IMG/VR virus record: IMGVR_UViG_3300031519_000179
Span: 1 to 26,790 of that record
DNA: 26,790 nt
Direction: 5' to 3' (one strand)
Origin: a virus
Taxonomy: Duplodnaviria; Caudoviricetes
Part shown: positions 7,082 to 16,571 of the stretch, piece after piece
Position numbering within the stretch: position 1 is the stretch's first letter
Layout: each line of letters starts with the position of its first letter
The notes under the pieces: generated by a model
Seen by the model: the letters and a program-made list of their open reading frames with translations, nothing else
What the model was told of the DNA's origin: nothing
The model's database searches: none
Position numbers and translations under genes: made by a program

Positions 7082-7336
7082 ATGGCAGTTGATATAATAA
7101 AAATTGGTCCTGAAAGTTTTCAGACATTATATGCTCGCAAAGAAAATAACATCATAATGAGAACTGAATCGGGGCGGAGAATAATTATCCAAAGAATTAT
7201 TCCTGGAGAGTGGATTCCGTACCGTATTGGAGATTCTGAAGACACCATGAACGATAATAAAAGAAACATTCGGCTTATTGATAGAAACGCTCTATCAAAA
7301 ATTGAAAAAGAGTTATTAAGCAAATTAAATGAGTGA
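7082..7336 (+). CDS. Probable C-terminal part of gp53 encoded as a separate ORF, 84 aa
   Basis: Ends in EDTMNDNKRNIRLIDRNALSKIEKELLSKL, resembling the E...N..KR.I.LI.......I..E terminus of gp53 proteins; own SD-like AAGGAAG at 7068-7074. Confidence 0.62.
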   Translation: MAVDIIKIGPESFQTLYARKENNIIMRTESGRRIIIQRIIPGEWIPYRIGDSEDTMNDNKRNIRLIDRNALSKIEKELLSKLNE

Positions 7337-8657
7337 ATTTATTCTACCAGGTCAATACAAATTATTAAGCGCTGTTTTAGTTTCTGATACAGCGCAATCT
7401 ATTGACCTGGGCGTATCCGGTCAAGGTTCTTCAAATGAATTTTCTGGATTTATACCAGTCTTTGTAATTGAAGAATCAATTAATTCTGATTGCATAAAGG
7501 GCTACGCGGAAATTATCGACAACGTCGGAATTCTTGAAGATTTGCCTATACGCGGCGAAGAGCATTTAATTTTTACTATCGAAGACGCTATGAAAAATCG
7601 CAGAATTTACGAGATGCGAATTTACAAAGTTGCTAACGTTGAAATAAACAACTCAAATGACGGCGTAAGATATGAAATCCATTTTGTGTCGAAATCAAGA
7701 TTTAATGTTAACTCACGACGGGTATTAGAACCGTTTGAAGATAAAATATCGAATATTGCGTCAACCGTGTTTAATAATTATTATACACAGCAGGAAAATT
7801 CTCCTAATTTTGTTGTTGAACCGACTGAAGGCGTGTTTCGTTGCGTAATACCAAATTACACTCCAATCCAAACGATGAATTTTTTAGCGCAGCGTGCGTA
7901 TAGCACATCTAGCCCATCATGTTCTTTTAGATTTTTTGAAACTGTCCATAATCATTTTTTTGTGTCTGACGAATATTTAATTAAAAGAGCATTAGAAAAT
8001 ATAGATAATATTAAAGAATTTAGTTACAGTGATGCCTTAGATAAATCCGGTGCAGAATATTCACAACAAATGCAAAATCTAATAACTATTAAAAACGAAG
8101 ATCGTATTAATACTATGAAAGATCTTTCTTCGGGTGCGTATCGCAGTCACGTTATTGAAATAGATTTAGTAAAAAGACGAGCAAATCTTCCAACTAAATC
8201 CACGCTGCATTCTTATAATTACGAAAACGAAAAGTCAAAATATATCTCAACTGCTGGGTCAGGGAAAAATGTAGGAGTTCATTCTCCTGAATTTGAAAAT
8301 TCTTATTTTACACAAGAAAACGAAAAACGATATATGGTTGTTCGAGACTATGCTAACGACAGTGGCGAATTTCAGTTAAGGGGAGATCAGTTTCTTCCAG
8401 AAATAGTTGCAAACAGAAGTGCTTATCGTCACCATTTAAATAATACTATTGTATATGCAACAGCGAATGGAAGATTAGATTTAAACGCTGGAACTCTAAT
8501 AAATGTTAAATTACCACAATTTACTGCGGCGTCACAAAAAGATTTAAATCCGCAATTATCCGGATATTATATGATAGATACTATAACACACAATTTCACG
8601 AGAGATGTGCACACTACCGCTCTTAAATTACTTAAGTATGATTGGAGCACAGAATGA
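7329..8657 (+). CDS. Putative baseplate hub protein (gp27/gpD-like), 442 aa
   Basis: Between gp53 and gp5; I.ESI....I.G...I.D, LPI.GEE, FFET...F, G...L.AG..I, SG.Y.I..I.H pattern typical of hub proteins. Largely positional. Confidence 0.6.
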   Translation: MSEFILPGQYKLLSAVLVSDTAQSIDLGVSGQGSSNEFSGFIPVFVIEESINSDCIKGYAEIIDNVGILEDLPIRGEEHLIFTIEDAMKNRRIYEMRIYKVANVEINNSNDGVRYEIHFVSKSRFNVNSRRVLEPFEDKISNIASTVFNNYYTQQENSPNFVVEPTEGVFRCVIPNYTPIQTMNFLAQRAYSTSSPSCSFRFFETVHNHFFVSDEYLIKRALENIDNIKEFSYSDALDKSGAEYSQQMQNLITIKNEDRINTMKDLSSGAYRSHVIEIDLVKRRANLPTKSTLHSYNYENEKSKYISTAGSGKNVGVHSPEFENSYFTQENEKRYMVVRDYANDSGEFQLRGDQFLPEIVANRSAYRHHLNNTIVYATANGRLDLNAGTLINVKLPQFTAASQKDLNPQLSGYYMIDTITHNFTRDVHTTALKLLKYDWSTE

Positions 8658-10522
8658 AAGAAACCGGTGTTGGAATATTAGATCCACTCTTTTTTATTGG
8701 AGTTGTAGAAAATAATGTTGATGAGCGTCTCGAAGGAAGAGTTCAAGTACGTGCTTTTGGAGTACACGGAACAGTTCAGCAAGTTCCAACTGAAAGCCTT
8801 CCTTGGGCTACTCTTATACACGGCAGTTATGATCCTAACGCTGAATTACCACGTATAAATTCGTTTGTGTTTGGTTTTTTTGTTGATGGGCGAGATGCTC
8901 AACAACCGATGATCCTAGGATTAATCCCTACACAAATGACTGAAGTTGTAAATCCTGATGCAATCGGTTGGGGTAAAGTATTAGAAAAAGATGCTAGAAT
9001 TTTAGCAAAAAGATCTTTACCTTCTGATATTGGTGAACCATCAAATTCTAGGCTAGCACGTGGTGAGCAAATCCAAGAAACTTATGTGTTTCAACAGGAA
9101 ATGTCTCGCTCAAAGGAAATACCTATTGGAGATGCAAACCCTGATACTGCAGAAGGTGGAGATCGTGAATTTTTTGCAGAACCTTCACCAGCATATAACG
9201 CGCAATACCCGTTTAATAGAGTAATTGAAACTGCAAATCACTCTATAGAATTAGATGATACTCCTGGTGCAGAAAGAATTACTATATATCACGGTGCAGG
9301 ATCTTATGTTGCTATTGACGCACGAGGAAGCACTACGCATAAATCTGTATCTGACAAATTTCAAATAAATGACAGAAATAATTACGTATATGTAAAGGGT
9401 AGGAATATCGTTACTATCGAGGGTGATTCTCAGGTTTACGTAAAAGGTAATAAAATAGAAGAAATTACTGGAGACTTAATTCAAAATGTTAGAGGAAACC
9501 ATTACCTTTCTGTCGGCGGTAAATCTACTATTAACGCAAGTGATGAAGTTCAAATAAGAGGGGCTAAATTGCGTCTCAGCTCAAATGTAGAAGGCATTAA
9601 TCTTAATTCAAATAAAAAAATAAATCTCGCGGCTGGAGATTCGATTAATATGCAGGCTCAAACTATGTTTATTAATGCTGCTGGCGATTTAAGTCTTAAA
9701 GCTGACCATCCAAAAATAGGTGGCGGAGCAAAAGTAAGTATTAGCGCAGCTGAAGTTGGTATTGATGATTACGTTTATATGGCACAGGGCGCTTCAGAAG
9801 CCCCAGATGGCGCTGTGACAGTTGCTGAAGCAGTAAACGCTGCAGAACCCGTAGGGAAATCTTTAAGTACGTCACGGAATGCAAATTACGACGGCGGAGC
9901 ATTTGGGTCAAGCGGTTATGCATCGCAGGATGAGCCTGAAGATTATGACGCAGATGATTTAGCAGACGACATCACAGATACTTCAGCAGACGCTGAAATA
10001 AGTAATAGAGACTCAAACATCGGCGAAAAATCTGATATAAAAGACACGGAAAGAAATTCATCTTCAGGAAGCGATGTTGTAGAGGTTTTACAAAACGGAA
10101 AAGGCTTTAACGTTGTTAGATTAGCGGATGGCAGCGTCGTAAGGCGTCAAGGAACTAGGGCTTGGCGAAACAACAATCCCGGAAATATAGAATATGGAAA
10201 CTTTGCTAAGAGCCAAGGCGCTATAGGAACTGACGGAAGATTTGCTATTTTCCCGGATTACGAATCTGGAAGAGGTGCGAAAGAAAAATTATTGTTTGGA
10301 ACAAATTCTTACAAAAACCTTACTCTTTCAAGTGCGATTAATAGATATGCACCGTCGTTTGAAAATAACACTTCTGCGTATATTACAAACGTTGCAACAT
10401 CAGCAGGCGTATCTCCAGGGACAAAAATGTCTAATATTCCAATAAGTGCAAGAACAAAAATTCTAGATGCGTTTGAACGCCAAGAAGGATTTAGATCTGG
10501 CAAAACAACTATTGTTACATAA
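8654..10522 (+). CDS. 5: Baseplate central spike gp5 with C-terminal RNNNPGNI-type domain; start revised to ATG 8654
   Basis: N-terminal OB-fold (FIGVVEN..D....GRVQVR.FG.H...LPWA, VFGFF.DG...QQP.ILG), YPFN.V.ET...H..E.DDTPG.ERI, V.G beta-helix repeats. ATG overlaps the upstream TGA (ATGA), SD GGAG at 8644-8647. Confidence 0.9.
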   Translation: MKETGVGILDPLFFIGVVENNVDERLEGRVQVRAFGVHGTVQQVPTESLPWATLIHGSYDPNAELPRINSFVFGFFVDGRDAQQPMILGLIPTQMTEVVNPDAIGWGKVLEKDARILAKRSLPSDIGEPSNSRLARGEQIQETYVFQQEMSRSKEIPIGDANPDTAEGGDREFFAEPSPAYNAQYPFNRVIETANHSIELDDTPGAERITIYHGAGSYVAIDARGSTTHKSVSDKFQINDRNNYVYVKGRNIVTIEGDSQVYVKGNKIEEITGDLIQNVRGNHYLSVGGKSTINASDEVQIRGAKLRLSSNVEGINLNSNKKINLAAGDSINMQAQTMFINAAGDLSLKADHPKIGGGAKVSISAAEVGIDDYVYMAQGASEAPDGAVTVAEAVNAAEPVGKSLSTSRNANYDGGAFGSSGYASQDEPEDYDADDLADDITDTSADAEISNRDSNIGEKSDIKDTERNSSSGSDVVEVLQNGKGFNVVRLADGSVVRRQGTRAWRNNNPGNIEYGNFAKSQGAIGTDGRFAIFPDYESGRGAKEKLLFGTNSYKNLTLSSAINRYAPSFENNTSAYITNVATSAGVSPGTKMSNIPISARTKILDAFERQEGFRSGKTTIVT

Positions 10523-10546
10523 ATTATTATAAATTACTCATTTAAA

Positions 10547-10554
10547 TATAAATA
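10547..10554 (+). promoter_or_regulatory. T4-type late promoter
   Basis: Exact TATAAATA in the AT-rich gap, about 28 nt before the 531-aa ORF. Confidence 0.75.
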
Positions 10555-10582
10555 ACTATATAGTAAATCAAAAAGAAAAAAA

Positions 10583-12178
10583 ATGTCCGGTTCAAACATA
10601 CCAACAAGAAATCATTGTATTATCCAAGTAGGATCAACGGCCTCTGTGCAAGAGGACGCTATTAATGCTGCAGTTAGTTCATTTGCAAATGAATTAAAAT
10701 TTGGCACATATACAATTAATGATGCAAGCACTTTAAGTGATAGTTTTCAAATAGGCGAAACATTTAAAACTATCACTACTGCTGAACGAATTATTCAAGA
10801 ATATGGTGAAAAACCTTTTTATGACGCTGTTACAGAGTTTAATTCATATTTTAAAAACGCAGAAATACAGAAATTAATTGTTGACGAAGAAAGATACCCA
10901 AATATTACAAAAAGATTAGCGGCAGGGTTTAGCTTTACTCCTACTGAAGTTGCTGAATTTACTGTTGAGTATCAATATGTACCAATTAAACTTAATGAGC
11001 AATCTCAAACAATTGTTCCAAAGCTTTTAAACGAAGTAGAAGATTTTTACAGTAATAGCATTTCAAGCGGAATACTTGATAAATTTTGCTCTCTTATGTC
11101 TTTTGCTTTCGATGTTATCGACGCTGCTACTGCTCTTAGAAATTTATCCTTATCTTTATCTTTAAAAGTTCTTATTGATAAAATTAAAGATCAAATATTA
11201 AGTGTAGTTACGAGAGTTATTGAAAACGTAAAAAATATTATTGATAATTTTAGCATAGAAAACATTATTGCAGAAGTAACAACAGCACTTCAAGAGAATA
11301 TAGTATCGAGATTTTATGATATTAAAGAAAAGGCTCTGAACTTTTTCAGCGCCGAAAATATAGAAAATTTTAAAAATAAAATAAAAAATATGATAGATGA
11401 CGTTCTTTCGTTATTCACAAATCCATCTTTAGATGAAATAGAATTTCTCATATATAGGTTTTGTAATTTTGGTTTTCAAATCGAGAATGGTATTAAAAAT
11501 CTTATAAACCCGTTAACAGAATACACAGATAATTACCAATCTGCTTTAAACGCAATTACATCAAGTTCAAATAGAGCTACAGCAAACGCAATAAAAGCTG
11601 GCGCAATCCGCGTTTCACCAACACAGAGATCAGCTGTTATAAGTACTAGTAGCCAGACACAGAGTCAAACTAGTGACCGTCCAGCGCAGGTTGGCGACTT
11701 TAATAGTGTTACACAATATAATGAAGGTAAAGGCGATTCACGAATTACATTTGCAGGAGGAGCGCTTCGACCTGCATCTACGAGAGAAGGAACAAAACCG
11801 CCAGCGTGGCGATGGGAAAATACAGCCATGGCCTCGCGCATTAAGCTTATGAAAGTACAAAAAAGATTTGGACAGCAGTTAACTGTTACGAGTGCAAGAA
11901 GAACGTACCAAGAGGGTTTGTTCCTGTGGAATAGAGACTTAAAGCGAAATGGTGGAAAACCTAGTGGTAGAGTAGCACGTCCCGGTAGTTCAAAACATGA
12001 GCAAGGGCATGCATACGATATTTATTGGGTGGGATATCCTGCTAGACGCAAAGAGTTTCTTGAAATTGCTGTAAGCGAAAACATGCGAGGAATTGGTGGT
12101 TATACAAGCTTTGTTCATATAGACGAGGGTCCTCCACGTTTTTGGGGATCTGTAGACGGCGTAAATCCTAGAGGATAA
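10583..12178 (+). CDS. Large helical protein with C-terminal peptidase M15 (LAS-type Zn peptidase) domain
   Basis: VTSARR...S.H..G.A.DI...GIG.Y..FVHID: His, Asp and His zinc ligands in M15 spacing; N-terminal about 340 aa amphipathic, followed by an S/T/Q linker. Confidence 0.8.
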   Translation: MSGSNIPTRNHCIIQVGSTASVQEDAINAAVSSFANELKFGTYTINDASTLSDSFQIGETFKTITTAERIIQEYGEKPFYDAVTEFNSYFKNAEIQKLIVDEERYPNITKRLAAGFSFTPTEVAEFTVEYQYVPIKLNEQSQTIVPKLLNEVEDFYSNSISSGILDKFCSLMSFAFDVIDAATALRNLSLSLSLKVLIDKIKDQILSVVTRVIENVKNIIDNFSIENIIAEVTTALQENIVSRFYDIKEKALNFFSAENIENFKNKIKNMIDDVLSLFTNPSLDEIEFLIYRFCNFGFQIENGIKNLINPLTEYTDNYQSALNAITSSSNRATANAIKAGAIRVSPTQRSAVISTSSQTQSQTSDRPAQVGDFNSVTQYNEGKGDSRITFAGGALRPASTREGTKPPAWRWENTAMASRIKLMKVQKRFGQQLTVTSARRTYQEGLFLWNRDLKRNGGKPSGRVARPGSSKHEQGHAYDIYWVGYPARRKEFLEIAVSENMRGIGGYTSFVHIDEGPPRFWGSVDGVNPRG

Positions 12179-12181
12179 AAA

Positions 12182-12598
12182 ATGGTAGTAAAACTTATAA
12201 CTCCAAGATTAAAAAAGAAGAATTTATATTCTGATATCCACAAGGACTTGGCAGCAAACCCAATAACAGGAGATCTTGCTCTTAGGAGAGACGAAGAATC
12301 TGTTAAAGAATCAATAAAAAATATTATTCTTACAGACCAAGGTGAAAGACTTATGCAGCCTCTTATTGGAGGTAATATTCGCGCGATGTTATTTGAAAAT
12401 AACACACCAGCTGTTATGAAAATGATACAGGAGCAAATAAGAACTACTATCGAAACATATGAACCTCGATGTTCTCTTATAGATATAAATGTTCTTTCGC
12501 TAGCCGATGAAACTAGCATTAAAATAGATATATATTTCTACATAAATAACATTGCAGAACCAATTGCACTCACAGTGTTTCTAGAGAGGACTAGATAA
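12182..12598 (+). CDS. 25: Baseplate wedge subunit gp25
   Basis: YSDI..DL, SVK.SIKNIILT..GER...P..G......LFEN, I..YEPR, L.RTR motifs. Confidence 0.94.
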   Translation: MVVKLITPRLKKKNLYSDIHKDLAANPITGDLALRRDEESVKESIKNIILTDQGERLMQPLIGGNIRAMLFENNTPAVMKMIQEQIRTTIETYEPRCSLIDINVLSLADETSIKIDIYFYINNIAEPIALTVFLERTR

Positions 12599-12601
12599 GA
12601 T

Positions 12602-14386
12602 ATGGCGACCAAACCAATTAACGAACTGGATTTTGCAACCATTAAGGATCAATTCATTACGCATCTGAGAAATCAGACACAGTTTAAAGACTACGATTTT
12701 ACTGGTGCGAATATGAATGTCTTGCTCGATGTTCTTGCGTATAATACCCACATAAACAATTTTTATACCAATATGGCAATCAACGAAATGTTTCTTGATT
12801 CCGCGGTTATTAAAAATTCTGTAGTCTCGCATGCAAAAGAATTAAATTATTTGCCTCGTTCGCGGAAGTCTGCGAAGGCTGTAGTAAACGTAACATTGCG
12901 AGATACAACTGAAGCTTCTTCTACAATTACAATTCCTAGGTTTACTGAATTTACTGCAAACTTCGCGAATGATAATTACACGTTTATAACGGACCAATCG
13001 TACGTTGCTAGAAAAACTGCTGATGGCGTATTTGTAGCGACTAATGTTGAAATATTTGAAGGGCGGATTTTAACTGCGTTTGAAAAAGACGGGTTTTTCC
13101 TTGAAGCAGATAACACCTTTAAGTGTAATTTAACAAACGATGGCATAGATACTAATACAATCGAAGTATTTGTTGATGATGAGTTTACAGAAGGACAGAA
13201 CCAGTTTTTCTATACACGCGATATTTTTGGCGTTACTCCAACAAGTAAAGTCTTTTATTTAGAGCCGCATTTTGATAATAGGTATTCTATATATTTTGGT
13301 GGAAATATATTTGGAGAACAACCCGGTCTAGATATTGACGTAAAAATACAATATCGTATATGCAGTGGAACTGAAGTAAATGGAGCTAACGCGTTTGCAA
13401 CTTCGTTTAAGCCAAATTCAACAGTGACTACAGTAACCGCCGCAGAAGGTGGATCTGAACGTGAAAGTTTAGAAAGCATAAGGTATTTTGCGCCGAAATC
13501 AATTCAGGTGCAAGAACGAGCAATTACAGCATCTGACTATCAAATCATATTAAGCCAAAGATTTCCAGAAATAAAAAGTGTATCTGCTTATGGCGGAGAT
13601 GAATTAGTTCCTCCTCGGTACGGAAGAGTTGCAATTTCTGTAAACCTACAGGGTGAAGGCTTATTATCCGAAACGAGTAAAAACACTTATTTAAGATACC
13701 TATCTGATAAAACTCCTCTTTCGATTGAACCAATTTTTGTAAATCCTGAATTTTTATATTCAGAAACAATTGTTGATGTAATTTATTCAAAAAAATTCAC
13801 AACAAAATCTACACAAGAGCTCGAGTCTTTAATAAGAGTAGCAATTGCATCTTATAACACTTTAAACTTAGATGATTTTGGCGAAACACTACGAGTTTCA
13901 AAACTTATGTCTATTATTGACGATATCGATGCTGGGATATTAAGCAACAACGTTTGTGCAAATCCTATTATTGAATACGCGCCTATTGTTAATTTGAATT
14001 TAAGCCCAAGTTTTAAATTTGGAACCCAGCTTGTTAAACCGTATCCTTACGATACGACGATAGGTCTATCTGATTTTAAACCGTCAATCACAAGTTCTAC
14101 GTTTACGTATAAGGGCATTTTATCTAAAATGATCGATGATGGCGCGGGCAATATTGCTATTGTTAGCGTTAACAACTTAATTCAAACAATAACCAATCCT
14201 TCAGTAGGAACAGTCGACTATACTTTAGGTGAAGTAAGGTTAGTTAATTTTTCCGTAGAATCATTTGTTGGAGAAGCAATCAAAATATACGCAGCTTCAA
14301 TGACTCCAAACATCATTGCGCCAAAAAATAGAATTATTTCTATTCGAAGTGAAGATATTCAAATTAAATTTGTAGAGTCATTATAA
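12602..14386 (+). CDS. 6: Baseplate wedge subunit gp6
   Basis: ELDF..IK...L..Q..F.DYDF.G....LLDVLAYNTH...Y.NM..NE.FLDSA....SVVS.AK.L.Y.PRS; Q.RA.T..DY; PP.YG.V; G.VDY..G. Confidence 0.95.
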   Translation: MATKPINELDFATIKDQFITHLRNQTQFKDYDFTGANMNVLLDVLAYNTHINNFYTNMAINEMFLDSAVIKNSVVSHAKELNYLPRSRKSAKAVVNVTLRDTTEASSTITIPRFTEFTANFANDNYTFITDQSYVARKTADGVFVATNVEIFEGRILTAFEKDGFFLEADNTFKCNLTNDGIDTNTIEVFVDDEFTEGQNQFFYTRDIFGVTPTSKVFYLEPHFDNRYSIYFGGNIFGEQPGLDIDVKIQYRICSGTEVNGANAFATSFKPNSTVTTVTAAEGGSERESLESIRYFAPKSIQVQERAITASDYQIILSQRFPEIKSVSAYGGDELVPPRYGRVAISVNLQGEGLLSETSKNTYLRYLSDKTPLSIEPIFVNPEFLYSETIVDVIYSKKFTTKSTQELESLIRVAIASYNTLNLDDFGETLRVSKLMSIIDDIDAGILSNNVCANPIIEYAPIVNLNLSPSFKFGTQLVKPYPYDTTIGLSDFKPSITSSTFTYKGILSKMIDDGAGNIAIVSVNNLIQTITNPSVGTVDYTLGEVRLVNFSVESFVGEAIKIYAASMTPNIIAPKNRIISIRSEDIQIKFVESL

Positions 14387-16521
14387 TGCCTACCCCAGTA
14401 GATAAACTTATATCGTTTCACATTGAAAGGCAATTCCCCGCTATATATCGCGAGGAAGGTCAAGACTTGGTGCAATTTGTAAAAGAATATTATAAATTTC
14501 TTGAAACAAATGAAAATCAAGGTCTTTACAACGGCCGCAGGCTATTTGAATATAAAGATATTGATAGCACTCTTGAAAGAATGTTAATATTCTTTAAAAA
14601 TAAATATCTTGCGGATCTACCTTTTGACGATACAACAATTCGCATTATCGTAAAAAATGTGCTCGGACTTTATCGCCGTAAAGGGACTCCAGCAGGACTG
14701 GAATTGTTTTTTAGATTATTCTATAACGAATTCGTTAAAGTATATTATCCAGCAAAAGATATATTTAAGGCTTCTGATTCTAAATGGAACGCTGGTAAAT
14801 ATCTGCAATTATTTCCAAACGCTGGTATATTTACATCAACAAAAACAGGCACGCAATCCGTGTACAGTGATATCATTAACACTCGTATTACTGGAAGAAC
14901 TTCTGGTGCAACCGCGACAGTTGACAAAATAAGCTTTATTATATTAAACAATTCTTTTTTACCTTTAGTTTTCCTAAATGATGTTGTTGGTGAGTTTTTA
15001 CCAGCAGAGGGAATTACCTCTGAAATAAATGGCACTCCGATTAACTTTGGTGTTGTAAATGGTTCTTTAAGTAGTATTAATATTGATGTTGATGGTACCG
15101 GAGGCAATGCTGTAGGGGATATAGTCACGTTAAAAACAACGCCTGACGGAGTTGGAGCTCAAGGACGTGTTTCAAGTGTAAGTGATTTGGATACGGGCGA
15201 AGTCGATTATGAAGTAGAAGACGGCGGATGGGGATACACGATAGATACTACTCATTTGTATGTATCAAATCAACTCGTATTTTTAGAAAATACTCCACCA
15301 AACTTTCTTCCGCTCGAAACCCTAGAAGATGATTTAGGTAACCGAGGAGCTGTTGTAAATCAAGGTGACTTTTTTGTTGGTGTAAGAATGGAAGCTGGAA
15401 GTGAGTTTTTAAACACATCTATTATTAGCACAGTTGACAGGACACCTAATATTGATATACAAACACTATCGAACGTGCAATTAAAAGTTTCTCCAAAAAA
15501 TATTACTTCGCCGGGGGCCCTTTATCCAGAAACTCAGGATGTAACTAATGTTGTAGTTGGTGGATTAGAAAACATAGAAACTGTTAGTCTTATATTCGAT
15601 GTTATAGGAAATTTTGTTAATGTGCCATTAAATGCATCAAACTATAATGATGTACCACCGGCCTCAACACCAATGTCTGGAAACACAAATCCGGTCGATA
15701 TTACCACTCAAATAGATGAGGCGTTTGATTTAACCGATGTTGACCTTGGTACTATTGTTAGATTTGATAATATTAATCCTGGCTCTGGTTATATTAACGA
15801 CGTTGTTACTTTAACGTATGACACGCGCATGGCTACCTTTGAAAGAAGACGTCAATTAGTTACGTTAAACGCGATACCATCTAATTTAAGTATCGGTGAC
15901 GAAATATCTCAAGGATCTTCTCAAGGTAAAGTCGTCGGAATTATTAACAATACAATAGCGTTAAGACCTTACAAATACAGCGGCTTCGAAGCTTCGACTC
16001 CAATTACATATGGTGGAGTAAATTTCCCGATTGTTAGTATATCTCGAGATTATGGAAACGATAAAACCGCAGGCAATAACGCAACAGTAAATGCTATAAC
16101 AAATTTCCAAAAAGGCATAATAAGAACGGTCGATATTCTGGAATCTGGTTACGGCTACGTAGATAATACACGGGCTGAAGTACTTAAGAATGGAACTGCA
16201 GTTTCTAGCGGAATTGTAACCACGGGCGGGCAGGGGTCAGTCGGAGGTTATTGGTCAACTTACAACTCGCATGTTAATGGTTATAGAAATGTAAATAATA
16301 ATTTAGAATATTACAGTTCAGATAAATATATACAAGATAGCGAATATTATCAAGAATATTCGTATGAGGTTCAATCAAAATTAAATATTGAAAACTACGA
16401 AGAAGCTCTTAAAGACATTACCCACATTGCTGGTACGAAAATTTACGCAAGATTTAATCTCGAAGAATTTATGTCTTCACCGATTTCAGTTAGAATTGAC
16501 ATTAATCGTTCTGAAACATAA
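14386..16521 (+). CDS. Baseplate wedge protein, gp7-like
   Basis: I..QFP..YRE....V.F.K.YY.FLE, Y..KGT......FFR..Y, C-terminal IQDS.YYQ.YSY...S......Y......H.AG motif; between gp6 and gp8. Confidence 0.78.
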   Translation: MPTPVDKLISFHIERQFPAIYREEGQDLVQFVKEYYKFLETNENQGLYNGRRLFEYKDIDSTLERMLIFFKNKYLADLPFDDTTIRIIVKNVLGLYRRKGTPAGLELFFRLFYNEFVKVYYPAKDIFKASDSKWNAGKYLQLFPNAGIFTSTKTGTQSVYSDIINTRITGRTSGATATVDKISFIILNNSFLPLVFLNDVVGEFLPAEGITSEINGTPINFGVVNGSLSSINIDVDGTGGNAVGDIVTLKTTPDGVGAQGRVSSVSDLDTGEVDYEVEDGGWGYTIDTTHLYVSNQLVFLENTPPNFLPLETLEDDLGNRGAVVNQGDFFVGVRMEAGSEFLNTSIISTVDRTPNIDIQTLSNVQLKVSPKNITSPGALYPETQDVTNVVVGGLENIETVSLIFDVIGNFVNVPLNASNYNDVPPASTPMSGNTNPVDITTQIDEAFDLTDVDLGTIVRFDNINPGSGYINDVVTLTYDTRMATFERRRQLVTLNAIPSNLSIGDEISQGSSQGKVVGIINNTIALRPYKYSGFEASTPITYGGVNFPIVSISRDYGNDKTAGNNATVNAITNFQKGIIRTVDILESGYGYVDNTRAEVLKNGTAVSSGIVTTGGQGSVGGYWSTYNSHVNGYRNVNNNLEYYSSDKYIQDSEYYQEYSYEVQSKLNIENYEEALKDITHIAGTKIYARFNLEEFMSSPISVRIDINRSET

Positions 16522-16539
16522 TTAAGTAAGATTTTCTAT

Positions 16540-16547
16540 TATAAATA
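16540..16547 (+). promoter_or_regulatory. T4-type late promoter for gp8 and downstream genes
   Basis: Exact TATAAATA in the gap; GAGGA SD follows before ATG 16572. Confidence 0.8.
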
Positions 16548-16571
16548 AGTTAAAGAAATCCTGAGGAAAAA

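Noticed and set aside
7052-7084. Programmed frameshift joining the two gp53 parts
   Set aside because: No X XXY YYZ heptamer before the stop, and the second ORF has its own SD-like sequence.
8642-8653. TTG start for gp5 given by the ORF track
   Set aside because: ATG at 8654 overlaps the upstream stop and has GGAG at suitable spacing.
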